Source: Gammaproteobacteria bacterium (GTDB lineage Bacteria > Pseudomonadota > Gammaproteobacteria > Ga0077536). From it: DNA of 64,000 nucleotides. Every line of letters starts with the position of its first letter. The first letter of the stretch is position 1. The notes under the pieces are model-generated. The model was not told where the DNA came from. It was given only the letters and a program-made list of their open reading frames with translations, and did no database searches. The stretch spans positions 1,504,001-1,568,000 of the forward strand of contig CAXXLL010000003.1 in assembly GCA_963662545.2 (NCBI GenBank), read 5' to 3'. Position numbers and translations under genes: made by a program. This document shows positions 10,152 to 21,516 of the stretch, one piece after another.

Positions 10152-11600
10152 CTATATTTCCTCCGTGTCGTCCCGGTTCGCCGATCGGCCCAGTCCCAGT
10201 CGCGAAACCCGACTGTAAAGCGTGTTGCGGTTGATGCCGAGCAGGCGCGCCGCCTTGCTCAGGTTACCGTCGCCGAGACGCAGCGCCGCCTGGATGTAGC
10301 GGCGTTCGATCTCGCCCAGTTCCTCGTCCAGGCGGAATCCCGCGGATTCGATACGCTGCTCGACACCGTCCAGGTCGGACGGCAGGCCGTCCGCGCGCAG
10401 CATCTTGTCGTAATCCAGTTCGAGTTCCGGACGCAGCCGCTCGGCGTCGACCGTCTGGCCGGGATATTTCGCGCCCAGGCGAATAACGATGTTACGCAGC
10501 TCGCGGACATTGCCCGGATACGAATAAGCGGCCAGCAAGGCTTCGGCGTCTTCGGTCAGCTTGAAGGGTTTGATGCTGTCGGCATACTGGCGCTGAAAGG
10601 TGTCGAGCAGCATGCGCCAATCCCCCTCGCAGCTCCTGAGCGGCGGCACGCTGATCGTCAGCACGCTGATCCGGTGGAAGACGTCCTGACGGAATTCTCC
10701 GGACCGTACCGACTCGCGCAACTCGCGGTTGGTCGCAGCGACGATGCGGGCGTTCGAGCGGCGCGGCTCTGTTTCCCCAACACGGTAGTACTCGCCGTTT
10801 TCCAGCACCCGCAGGAATTTCGATTGCAGGTCGAGCGGCATTTCCCCGACTTCATCGAGAAACAGGGTGCCGTCGCTGGCTTCCTCGAAAAACCCCGTCC
10901 GCGCCTTGTCCGCCCCCGTGTAGGCGCCCTTGGCATGTCCGAACAACTGTGCTTCCAACAATTCCGGACTGAAAGCCGCGCAGTTAATAGTGAGCAGCGG
11001 TCCGTCACGCCGCGCGCTGGCTAGATGCAGACACTGCGCTACCAGCTCTTTTCCGGTGCCGGACTCGCCCTCGACGAGAACGGTAAAAGGCGTGTCCGCG
11101 AACTGTTCGATCAAGGCGCGCAGCGTAGCCATGCCTGCACTCGATCCGATCAGAACATCGTCGGTTGCCTGCTGCGGCGCGACCGCCGGCATCTCCGCCT
11201 CGCGGATCATGAGCTGGTGGCGCAGGCGCGTCTTGAGAAGTTCCGCATCACAGGGTTTGCGCACGAAATCGACAGCGCCCAGGGTCAGAGCGTGCTGGAT
11301 GTTGCCGCGCTCGTCCTGGCCCGACAGCACCAGGACTTTCATCGCATGGTTGAACGCGAACAGCTCACCGATCAGGGCGAACCCTTCATCGGGAGTGTGA
11401 GGCGTCGGCGGCAAGCCAAGGTCGACCAGTGCCAGGTTTGGAATTTCACGGAGACCCTGCAAGCGTTTGCGGGCGCTCGCGCGGGAATCCGCCTCGATCA
11501 CCTCGAATTCATCGGCCAGGGCAAAGCTCAACGTTTCGACGATGAGCGCGTCATCGTCGACCAGCAAAAGCAGTGGCCGTGGTGACGCTTGTTCAGACAC
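10152..11600 (-). CDS. Sigma-54-dependent response regulator (NtrC family)
   Basis: Receiver domain (LVDDD, DLGLP), GESGTGKE, GAYTGA loop, LFLDEVGEM, YPGNVRELRN, C-terminal Fis HTH. Confidence 0.93.
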   Translation of the reverse strand: MSEQASPRPLLLLVDDDALIVETLSFALADEFEVIEADSRASARKRLQGLREIPNLALVDLGLPPTPHTPDEGFALIGELFAFNHAMKVLVLSGQDERGNIQHALTLGAVDFVRKPCDAELLKTRLRHQLMIREAEMPAVAPQQATDDVLIGSSAGMATLRALIEQFADTPFTVLVEGESGTGKELVAQCLHLASARRDGPLLTINCAAFSPELLEAQLFGHAKGAYTGADKARTGFFEEASDGTLFLDEVGEMPLDLQSKFLRVLENGEYYRVGETEPRRSNARIVAATNRELRESVRSGEFRQDVFHRISVLTISVPPLRSCEGDWRMLLDTFQRQYADSIKPFKLTEDAEALLAAYSYPGNVRELRNIVIRLGAKYPGQTVDAERLRPELELDYDKMLRADGLPSDLDGVEQRIESAGFRLDEELGEIERRYIQAALRLGDGNLSKAARLLGINRNTLYSRVSRLGLGRSANRDDTEEI

Positions 11601-11609
11601 GAATGCCGC

Positions 11610-12467
11610 TCACACCGCCGCCGCGGGCGCGTGATCGATCAGGTTGAGGTTCGTGCAGACCGCGACGGAAGCCTCGTGTTGATTCATCGTATAGAAATGC
11701 AGACCGGGCGCGCCTTCACTCAAAAGCCGCTCGCACAAGCGGGTTGTTACATCGACACCGAAGGCTCGAATGGCGGTGCGATCATCGCCGAAATCCTGTA
11801 AGCGCTTGAGTATCCAGCGCGGAATCTCCGCTCCGCACATGTCCGAAAAACGCTTGAGCTGGGAGTAGTTCGTAATCGGCATGATGCCCGGCACGATTGG
11901 GATATCGATGCCCGCGCCGCCGCAGCTTTCAACAAAGCGAAAATAGGCGTCCGGGTTGTAGAAGTACTGCGTGATGGCGCCGTTCGCGCCAGCGTCCACC
12001 TTGCGCTTGAAATTTTCGAGATCGGCAGAAGCGCCGGCTGATTGCGGGTGAACTTCGGGATAGGCCGCGACTTCGATATGAAACACCTCTCCGGTCTCAT
12101 TGCGAATGAACTCGACGAGCTCATTGGCAAAGCGCAGTTCACCGAACCCCGTCGTACCGGACGGCATGTCGCCACGCAGCGCCACGAGCCGGCGGATCCC
12201 GGCCCGCCGATAGCGTTCGAGGACCGCGCGGATCTCGAGGATCGGAAAACCGAAACACGAGACATGCGGCGCGCTGTCCACGCCGGTGTCATCGCGGATC
12301 TCCAGGACCGTTTCGAGGGTGAGATCGCGGGTACTGCCGCCGGCGCCGAAGGTCACCGAAAAGAAACCGGGATTGAGTTCCGTGAGCTTGCGGCGCGTCG
12401 TCTCGAGGCGGGCCGCGGCTTCGAGGGTACGCGGCGGGAAAAACTCGAAGCTCAAGCCGCCCGTCAT
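11610..12467 (-). CDS. metF: 5,10-methylenetetrahydrofolate reductase
   Basis: SFEFFPPRT, SVTFGAGGST, ALRGD, AAYPEVHP, AITQYFY, GLHFYTMN. Start placed at ATG 12467 from homology. Confidence 0.95.
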   Translation of the reverse strand: MTGGLSFEFFPPRTLEAAARLETTRRKLTELNPGFFSVTFGAGGSTRDLTLETVLEIRDDTGVDSAPHVSCFGFPILEIRAVLERYRRAGIRRLVALRGDMPSGTTGFGELRFANELVEFIRNETGEVFHIEVAAYPEVHPQSAGASADLENFKRKVDAGANGAITQYFYNPDAYFRFVESCGGAGIDIPIVPGIMPITNYSQLKRFSDMCGAEIPRWILKRLQDFGDDRTAIRAFGVDVTTRLCERLLSEGAPGLHFYTMNQHEASVAVCTNLNLIDHAPAAAV

Positions 12468-12996
12468 GTGCTTAACCCTGTTCATCGAGGTGCGAACCAT
12501 TGCTGCCGGGCCAAACTGGCGCCGGACCTTGTGAAAACGGGGTTCGGTATAGCCGGTTAGGCGCTCGTATGGCATGGCATAAATTGGTTTTGGCGGTGGG
12601 AAATCGGTACATCTCTCCGGTCATTCTCGTTAACCGGCGCCTATCATAAACCCTTCACCGGCGTACAAGGTCGATGGCATGGCCGCCGCATACGATTCCG
12701 CACAGCATTCCGGCGCCCGGTCCATGGGGGCCTGAACACGCGATGCTGGCAGGTAAGCCTGTCGCGGGCGGGCTAATGATTTTGTCGCTTGAGCGGAAGC
12801 GCTAGAATAAGGCATCTTCCGGGGTTGGTTTTCGCTCCTGATCAGCCGGTTTTCGGCCATCCAGAGCACCTATGAGGGGGCAACGCGGCCGTTTGTTGCG
12901 CGTATCCGCCGGCGCTCACTCGCTCACCCGGATCGAATAAGGGCGGCGGTTGCGGGAACCCGAGACCGCTTTCAGACAAGCTCACCCTTTGAGGTA

Positions 12997-15054
12997 ATGA
13001 TCATGAGCGAACCGCTGAGCAAGCGGCGCGGCGCCGCGAGCGCGCCGCAGCGCCGCGAGTGCGCGAACGCCATCCGAGCGCTCAGCATGGACGCGGTGCA
13101 GGCGGCGAATTCCGGGCACCCCGGCGCGCCGATGGGCATGGCAGACGTTGCCGAGGTTCTGTGGCGCGATTTCCTCAAGCACAATCCCCAAAACCCGTCG
13201 TGGTTCGACCGCGACCGCTTCGTGCTGTCCAACGGGCACAGTTCGATGCTGCTTTACTCGCTGTTGCATTTGAGCGGTTATGAGATCTCTATCGACGACA
13301 TCAAACAATTCCGGCAACTCGGTTCGAAAACACCCGGCCACCCGGAACGGGGAGACACGCCGGGCGTTGAGACGACGACCGGCCCGCTGGGCCAGGGTCT
13401 CGCCAATGGCATCGGCATGGCGATCGCTGAAAGTCATTTCGCCCGCCGCTTCAACCGGCCCGGGTACCCGATCATCGATCACCATACTTACGTTTTCGCC
13501 GGCGATGGTTGCCTCATGGAAGGCATTTCGCACGAAGCCTGTTCGCTCGCGGGAACGCTCGGCCTCGGTAAGCTGATCGTCGTCTACGACGACAACGGTA
13601 TTTCCATCGACGGCGAAGTGGACGCCTGGTTCACCGACGATACCGCGGCACGGTTCGAAGCGTACCGCTGGCATGTCATACGAGACGTCGACGGCCATGA
13701 TGCGGCAGCCTGCAATGCCGCGATCAAGAAGGCACGTTCGACCATCGACAAGCCTTCGCTGATCTGCTGCCGCACGATCATCGGCTGGGGTGCGCCCAAC
13801 AAAAGCGGCACCGCGGCTTGTCACGGGGCGGCGCTGGGCGAAGAAGAAGTCCGCGCGACACGCGAAGCCATCGGCTGGCATGCGAAACCTTTCGAAATCC
13901 CCGCGGATCTCTACGCAGCCTGGAATGCACGCGAGTCCGGTGCCGAACTCGAGCAAAACTGGCGGCAGCGCTTCGTGGAATACGCCGCGGCCCATCCAGA
14001 ACTCGCCCACGAGTTGGAACGTCTCGCCGCAAACCAGTTGCCCGAACAATGGCCGGCGGCCGCGCAGGCCTGCGTCACCGTCCTCGCCGCAAACGACGGC
14101 ACCGAAGCGACACGTAAATCGTCCGAGCGGGTACTGAACGCCATCGCGCCCGTGCTGCCCGAACTGATCGGCGGATCAGCCGATCTGACCGGTTCCAACA
14201 ACACCTTTCACGAAACCAGCCGAGCCCTCTCCGCGGCTGAGCCGGATGGCAATTACATCTTCTATGGGGTTCGGGAGTTCGCCATGAGCGCCATCATGAA
14301 TGGCATGTGCCTGCACGGCGGCGTAATCCCCTACGGCGGCACTTTTCTCGTGTTCTCGGATTACGCTCGCAACGCCGTGCGCATGGCGGCCTTGATGCGC
14401 CTCGGCACCATCTTCGTGTACACCCACGATTCCATCGGTCTCGGCGAGGATGGGCCAACCCATCAGCCGATTGAGCATGCCGGCGCGCTTCGCATGATTC
14501 CCGGGCTGGACGTGTGGCGGCCCAGCGACGCTGCCGAGACCGCGTGTGCATGGCGCGCCGCGATCGAGCAACGGATCGCGCCGAGCTGCCTGCTCTTGAC
14601 CCGACAGGGTCTGCCGCAGCAGGCGCGTGACGAAACGCAGTTGAACGATATTGCGCGTGGCGCCTATGTATTGATCGAAGCCGGCAGCGAAGCCGAAGCG
14701 GTCGTTATTGCGACCGGCTCGGAAGTGCACCTGGCACGCGCGGCCGTGACGCGCCTCAACGCGGAAGGCCAGGCGATTCGCCTGGTGTCGATGCCCTGCG
14801 CCGAGGTATTCGAACGGCAAGCTCAATCCTACCGGGACCGGGTGCTGCCGGACGCCGTGCGCAAACGTATTGTCGTCGAAGCCGGCGCCCGCGATTTCTG
14901 GTTCCGCTACGCGGGGCTGGACGGACTCGTGATCGGACTCGACGGCTTCGGCGCATCAGCCCCGGGCGCGGACGCGTTCGAGCATTTCGGCTTTACCCCT
15001 GATCACTTAACGCGACGGATCCGAGACTATCTCGGTAAACCGATTTCCGCATGA
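12997..15054 (+). CDS. tkt: Transketolase
   Basis: [58 protein letters not shown]. Confidence 0.97.
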   Translation: MIMSEPLSKRRGAASAPQRRECANAIRALSMDAVQAANSGHPGAPMGMADVAEVLWRDFLKHNPQNPSWFDRDRFVLSNGHSSMLLYSLLHLSGYEISIDDIKQFRQLGSKTPGHPERGDTPGVETTTGPLGQGLANGIGMAIAESHFARRFNRPGYPIIDHHTYVFAGDGCLMEGISHEACSLAGTLGLGKLIVVYDDNGISIDGEVDAWFTDDTAARFEAYRWHVIRDVDGHDAAACNAAIKKARSTIDKPSLICCRTIIGWGAPNKSGTAACHGAALGEEEVRATREAIGWHAKPFEIPADLYAAWNARESGAELEQNWRQRFVEYAAAHPELAHELERLAANQLPEQWPAAAQACVTVLAANDGTEATRKSSERVLNAIAPVLPELIGGSADLTGSNNTFHETSRALSAAEPDGNYIFYGVREFAMSAIMNGMCLHGGVIPYGGTFLVFSDYARNAVRMAALMRLGTIFVYTHDSIGLGEDGPTHQPIEHAGALRMIPGLDVWRPSDAAETACAWRAAIEQRIAPSCLLLTRQGLPQQARDETQLNDIARGAYVLIEAGSEAEAVVIATGSEVHLARAAVTRLNAEGQAIRLVSMPCAEVFERQAQSYRDRVLPDAVRKRIVVEAGARDFWFRYAGLDGLVIGLDGFGASAPGADAFEHFGFTPDHLTRRIRDYLGKPISA

Positions 15055-15143
15055 AAACCAAACGGCTTCCAAGCGAAACACGACGATTAGGGAATCTCGT
15101 TTTCGCGCTTTCCGCCCTTTAGCTGCCTGAGGAGAAACGAGAC

Positions 15144-16160
15144 ATGACCATTCGAGTCGGTATCAACGGATATGGCCGCATCGGCCGCAATGTGGTGCGC
15201 GCGCTGTTTGAGTCCGGCCGCACCGACGAGATTGAAATCGTCGCAGTCAACGACCTCGGTGACGCCGAGACGAACGCTCATCTGACGCGATACGACAGTG
15301 CGCACGGCCCGTTCCCGGGCACCATCGAGGTGCGGGACGGCATGATGATCGTCGACGGCAGATCGATCAAGGTGCTGAGCGAACGCGACCCGGCGAAGCT
15401 GCCCTGGGGGGACTTGGGCGTCGATGTGGTGCATGAATCCACCGGCCTGTTTGCAAACAGGACCAAAGCCCGAGCGCATTTAGACGGCGGCGCGAAGAAA
15501 GTATTGATCTCCGCGCCGGCCGGTACCGATATCGACGCCACCATCGTCTATGGCGTCAACCACGGCGTGCTTAAAGCGTCCGATACGGTCGTTTCCAACG
15601 CGTCGTGCACGACCAACTGCCTGGCTCCTCTGGTGAAGCCCTTGTTTGAGACGATCGGGCTCCAAGCGGGCATCATGACGACGATTCATTCCTACACCAA
15701 TGACCAAGTGTTGACCGATGTTTATCATCCGGATCTCAGGCGTGCGCGCTCGGCGACCCAGTCGATGATTCCGACCAAGACCGGCGCGGCGGCGGCGGTC
15801 GGCCTGGTAATGCCGGAGTTGAACGGTAAGCTCGACGGCTACGCGGTGCGCGTTCCCACGATCAACGTCTCCCTGGTTGACCTCACGTTCAAGGCCGCGC
15901 GCGATACGTCCATCGAGGAAATCTGCGACATCATGCGCGCCGCGGCCGCAGGCGAACTCGAAGGCATCCTCACTTACAACGACGCCCCGCTGGTCTCCAT
16001 TGACTTCAACCACAATCCGGCGTCGTCGATTTTCGAAGCGAGTCAGACCAAGGTCATTGAAGGCAGTATGGTCAAGGTGCTGTCGTGGTATGACAACGAA
16101 TGGGGTTTTGCAAACCGCATGCTCGACACAACGGTCGCGATGGTCAACGCTGGAACCTAA
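15144..16160 (+). CDS. gap: Type I glyceraldehyde-3-phosphate dehydrogenase
   Basis: [29 protein letters not shown]. Confidence 0.97.
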   Translation: MTIRVGINGYGRIGRNVVRALFESGRTDEIEIVAVNDLGDAETNAHLTRYDSAHGPFPGTIEVRDGMMIVDGRSIKVLSERDPAKLPWGDLGVDVVHESTGLFANRTKARAHLDGGAKKVLISAPAGTDIDATIVYGVNHGVLKASDTVVSNASCTTNCLAPLVKPLFETIGLQAGIMTTIHSYTNDQVLTDVYHPDLRRARSATQSMIPTKTGAAAAVGLVMPELNGKLDGYAVRVPTINVSLVDLTFKAARDTSIEEICDIMRAAAAGELEGILTYNDAPLVSIDFNHNPASSIFEASQTKVIEGSMVKVLSWYDNEWGFANRMLDTTVAMVNAGT

Positions 16161-16164
16161 CCTG

Positions 16165-17328
16165 ATGCTGAGCGTCGCCGACGTGGACGTCCGCGGCAGG
16201 CGGGTCCTGATTCGTGAAGACTTCAACGTGCCGCTCAAGAACGGCGAGATTGGCGACGATACGCGCCTCAAAGCGGGCATACCGACGATACGCGGCGCGC
16301 TCGATCGGGGCGCGACGGTCATCATCGTGTCGCACCTGGGACGCCCGCGCGAGGGCGAGTTCGACGAAGCGTTTTCCTTAAAACCCGTCGCCCGCGCGCT
16401 GTCCGTCTTGCTCGAGACCGAGGTTCGGTTCGAGCAGGAGTGGATCGATGGCTTCGACCCGCCGCCGCATTCCGTCACCTTGTGCGAAAACGTGCGCTTC
16501 CTCGAGGGCGAAAAGGCCAACGACGACGATCTCGCCCGGCGCATGGCGGCGCTGTGCGAAGTCTATGTGAACGATGCGTTCGCCACTGCGCATCGTACCC
16601 AGGCGTCGACCTACGGCATTGCGAAATTCGCGCCCGTTGCCTGCGCTGGCCCGCTGCTCATGGCGGAACTAGATGCGCTCGGCCGGGCGCTCGAAGACGC
16701 GGTGCGCCCCTTGGTCGCCATCGTCGGCGGCGCGAAAGTATCGACCAAGCTCGAAGTGCTCGAATCTCTGATCGACAAAGTCGACCAACTCATCGTCGGC
16801 GGCGGCATCGCCAATACCTTTCTCAAGGCGGCCGGCTACGCGATCGGCAAGTCCCTGTACGAACCCGATCTGGTGGACACCGCCTCGCGCCTGATCGCAT
16901 CCGACGCGGACATCCCGCTGCCCGTGGACGTCGTCTGTGGCGAGGCGTTCGACGAGCAGACCGCCGCCGTCGTCAGGGACGTCAAAGCGATCGGCGAGAA
17001 CGAGATGATCATGGACCTCGGACCTGAAACGATCCGCACTCTTTGTGAGCTTGTGGGCGCCGCGGGCACGATCGTGTGGAACGGTCCGCTCGGCGTTTTC
17101 GAGTTCAACCGCTTCGCAAACGGTACGCGCGAACTCGCCCGCGCGATCGCGCGCGCCGATGCTTTCTCGATCGCCGGTGGCGGCGACACGCTCGCGGCGA
17201 TATCCGCCTTCGGCGTCGCCGATTCGATTTCCTACATCTCGACCGGCGGGGGCGCGTTCCTGGAGTTCCTCGAGGGTAAAACGCTGCCCGCCGTGGAGAT
17301 ACTTAAACAGCGTGCGACCGATGCGTGA
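16165..17328 (+). CDS. pgk: Phosphoglycerate kinase
   Basis: [45 protein letters not shown]. Start at ATG 16165, 4 nt after the gap stop. Confidence 0.97.
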   Translation: MLSVADVDVRGRRVLIREDFNVPLKNGEIGDDTRLKAGIPTIRGALDRGATVIIVSHLGRPREGEFDEAFSLKPVARALSVLLETEVRFEQEWIDGFDPPPHSVTLCENVRFLEGEKANDDDLARRMAALCEVYVNDAFATAHRTQASTYGIAKFAPVACAGPLLMAELDALGRALEDAVRPLVAIVGGAKVSTKLEVLESLIDKVDQLIVGGGIANTFLKAAGYAIGKSLYEPDLVDTASRLIASDADIPLPVDVVCGEAFDEQTAAVVRDVKAIGENEMIMDLGPETIRTLCELVGAAGTIVWNGPLGVFEFNRFANGTRELARAIARADAFSIAGGGDTLAAISAFGVADSISYISTGGGAFLEFLEGKTLPAVEILKQRATDA

Positions 17329-17379
17329 CGCGACACGAATCTTGACAGGCCGGCGCATCCAGGGATTGGAGGGGACAAC

Positions 17380-18822
<1,443 letters not shown>

Positions 18823-18893
18823 ATTCCTTAGTTCCCGCTCCCAGTCAGTGCAGCGGGCGGTTGCTCAGGCAGGCGGAATCCTTTAATTTTTAA

Positions 18894-20248
18894 GGGTCTA
18901 CGCGGAAACGTGTGGATTGATATTGGCATTTCTGGGTAGTGGCGGAAGAAATGCCGCAATGATTTTCAGTTTGAGGAATTCCTCATCACGATAGCCATAG
19001 GCGCGTCGTTGCAGGACCCGGATTTTGTTGTTGACCCCTTCGACCAATCCAAGACTGACTTTATTCTTAGCATCACAATAGGAAGCAATGCCATCCCAAT
19101 GGGATTCAATCAGCTCAGCAAACTTGCGATACGGCGCCAATCGCTGCCATTTCAGACTGTCCTTCCAGCGCTCGAAAAAGGCACGCGCGCCGCGCTCGGT
19201 ACGGTAGTCCCAGAGTTGGCCGAAGGTTTCCTTGAGGACGTAGGCGGTGTTCAGACGCCGGTTGGCCTGGAGCAGTTTTTTCAGGGCTCGTCTGCCATCC
19301 AGATTCAGGTTCTCGCGTCGCGAGAGCAAGGTATATCGCTGGCCTTTGATGTAACTCCTGTCCTTGCCGCGGAGACGTTTGTATTCACGGCGCCGGACTT
19401 CATCGAGAGCCTTTGAGAGGTGGCGCATGATATGGAACTTGTCATAGATGATCCGCGCCTGCGGTGCGTTGTTCATGACCGAGTTACGGAACGGCTTCCA
19501 CATGTCCATCGCCGCCAGTTCGATGCGAGCGCTCTTGTTCTCGCCCAATGCCTGGAAAAACAGGTCGATGTCAGCCTCTTTGCGACCTTCACCACCGACC
19601 CAGATAGGACGCCCCCGATCCAGGTCACTGACGATGACCCGGTAGTTATGTCCTTTGCGGATGGAGATCTCATCAATACCGATGGCCCGGGGTGCTGGCA
19701 TGCCCGCCAGCTCAACCTGCTTTTGCATGTACAGCTTATCGAGGTCTTTCACCGTGCTGTGGTGCAGGCGTTCCCTCTCGGCGACAGCCTGGTTCGGCAT
19801 GTCCCGGCACAGCTTGCCCACCTGCATGGCAAAGCGCTGCGTATAGCGAGGGTTCTTTGCCAGCCAGTCAAGATGTTCTACCTGCACGCCGCCGCACCTC
19901 CGGCAACTGACACGCCAGCGTTCGAACTCCAGGTAGATTCGCCATCCGGCAACTGACAGGTCTCGTACTCGCAGCACCTTCTTGTCGTAACGCCCGCGGC
20001 ACCGGTGAGCACAGTGAGAACAGATCGCTGTTTTTTTCGCCTCTTGAGTTGGATCACACGGGCATACCGATCACCAAACATGCCCACCAATTTCGATGCG
20101 GCGGTAAAACCAGGGAACGCAAACAGCGCTCGGATCGACTTGGGATTCTTCATGGCCTTAGCCTACCCACAAAATGAAACCACTTTCACCCCATACGAAA
20201 TCTCTGAATGTCTACATGATTTCAATGGTTTACACTTGGTCTAGACCC
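18894..20248 (-). mobile_element. ISL3-family insertion sequence
   Basis: Ends GGGTCTA (18894) and TAGACCC (20248) enclose an ISL3 transposase. No matching target duplication in the flanks. Confidence 0.85.
18898..20153 (-). CDS. ISL3 transposase in two frames joined by a probable -1 frameshift
   Basis: ORF A MKNPKSIRALFAFPGF...KRRKK. An A7 run at 20031-20037 leads in the -1 frame to TAICSHC...RVRDL...RVSCRRC, then IGIDE, AMDMW, YDKFH, VEGVNNKIR. Confidence 0.85.
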
Positions 20249-20305
20249 ACAAAAGTGTTACCCATCTACCTTGGCACTTTTGTTACCTTTCTCCCGGTCC
20301 GCTCA
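20249..20305 (-). mobile_element. Isolated terminus resembling an IS481-family end
   Basis: Minus strand TGAGCGGACCGGGAGAAAGGTAACA-AAAGTGCCAAGGTAGATGGGTAACA, with two GGTAACA boxes. No transposase follows. Confidence 0.55.
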
Positions 20306-20308
20306 GGC

Positions 20309-20362
20309 GTTTAACGAAGCCGCGGACATATTTGCTAATTATTCCTCGGTATTTTGTTGTAC
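20309..20362 (-). other. Probable degenerate short attC of cassette 2
   Basis: Minus strand GTACAAC...CCGAGGA...TCCGCGG...GTTAAAC, an imperfect palindrome just after the cassette ORF stop. Alternative inverse core ATTCAAC at 20369-20375. Confidence 0.45.
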
Positions 20363-20375
20363 TTCGATGTTGAAT

Positions 20376-20816
20376 CTACGTGGTACTTTCGCTGTTCTTT
20401 ATGATTAGTCTGCAGAATTCTAAAAGCTCTTTCATATTGAGATCGTTCTTGCAATCATTAGTTCGCCAACCGCATATCTTAAAATTGGCAGCACCTTTCC
20501 CATCATCGACATGGTCTACGGTTGGAAGTAGATCAAACTTTCTCTTATAGCTCCTTTTCAACAATTTAGAGTCTTCATTCGCATACGTACTCAACAATGA
20601 CCAATTTAGTTCTTCTCCAGTATATGCATCGACGCCTTTAGAGTGCTTTACGGCATTGTGAATTGCGACTTTGTATTCGGCTTGAGTCGCTAATACGTTT
20701 CCCCTGTTTCGATCACGCCTTATATGCGCGGCGGCCTTTCTTTGCAGCCAGCGCTCGTAATTGAACTGCGTCTGCACGCCGCGCAGAAAATCTGGTATTT
20801 CGTATTTCCTCGGCAT
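20376..20816 (-). CDS. Integron cassette protein, HNH-like nuclease fold
   Basis: 146 aa, AT-rich; DAYTGE...LPTVDHVD...NFKICGWRTNDCKNDL resembles a His-Me finger. ATG lies 3 nt after the attC core GTTAGGT. Confidence 0.7.
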   Translation of the reverse strand: MPRKYEIPDFLRGVQTQFNYERWLQRKAAAHIRRDRNRGNVLATQAEYKVAIHNAVKHSKGVDAYTGEELNWSLLSTYANEDSKLLKRSYKRKFDLLPTVDHVDDGKGAANFKICGWRTNDCKNDLNMKELLEFCRLIIKNSESTT

Positions 20817-20819
20817 GCC

Positions 20820-20929
20820 ACCTAACGCTTGGATAACCGGCGTGTTACGGCAGGCTCATTTGACGCGAAAATGCGCAGCCGCTTCAAATGAGCCTGCTGT
20901 AACACGTCCGGTTGATCCATTTGTTAGGT
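20820..20929 (-). other. attC site (110 bp)
   Basis: Inverse core ACCTAAC and core GTTAGGT bracket a long palindrome (GGATCAACCGGACGTGTTACAGCAGGCTCATTTGA ... TCAAATGAGCCTGCCGTAACACGCCGGTTATCC) with unpaired bases. Confidence 0.93.
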
Positions 20930-20964
20930 GGGTGTTGCACTTCGCTTCGAAATCTAAGTGCTGC

Positions 20965-21485
20965 TCATGGTCGCGGCCTTGCCAAAGAACCGAGTTGATC
21001 CGGGGTGAACTCGCCCATGTCGGCGGACTCGATGCTTTCTATAAATGAACGGGTGTAGACCGGTTGAATTCGTTCGGATTTCCACCATTCGGCAAATACA
21101 GGCAGCGTCAAGAATCCCGCACACCATTTGCGATGAGCCTCCCAGATCTCTTTTTCCAAAAGCTGAGCCTGAAATTGGAACATCTCGGACTCGAATCTTT
21201 GCAGCATGGCACGTGCAAACCAGAAGACCATTTGCTTCTCTTCTTGTGAAAAGTCGCCGAACGACGCTTCCGGATCGAATGCTCGGGCGATCACCATTCG
21301 GTCCGGTGACTGCCCACGCTTAGTGTTTCGTTCACGATGGCCCATTGCAGTTGGGTTTCTTTCGCTGCGTTGGCCTTCAGGACCTTGGTATTTGTTCGTA
21401 CCTGGTAGGCCAAATAGAGCAAAGATACGACAACGGCGCTTGCACCGATTATCTCTGCTGTCCCGGATATCGCCTCCCAAGTCAT
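20965..21485 (-). pseudogene. Frameshifted cassette gene (N-terminal TM helix, unknown function)
   Basis: MTWEAISGTAEIIGASAVVVSLLYLAYQVRTNT... stops at 21291. The protein-like continuation (SPDRMVIARAFDPEAS...FAEWWKSE) is in another frame, with the shift near 21310-21320. Confidence 0.7.
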
Positions 21486-21516
21486 ACGGGTCGTTTCGTA
21501 ACACCTAACAGTAATT

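Noticed and set aside
12468-12996. SAH/SAM riboswitch upstream of metF
   Set aside because: No recognisable SAH consensus (GAGGAGCG...AGGCTC...CGCTC) or SAM motif on the minus strand by eye; an Rfam scan would settle it.
15086-15100. TTAGGGAATCTC here and ATTCCTTAG near 18823 as further family A ends
   Set aside because: Matches of 9-12 nt are too short to separate from chance.
15877-16164. 96-aa N-terminal extension of Pgk in the ORF track
   Set aside because: It overlaps gap; homology starts at ATG 16165.
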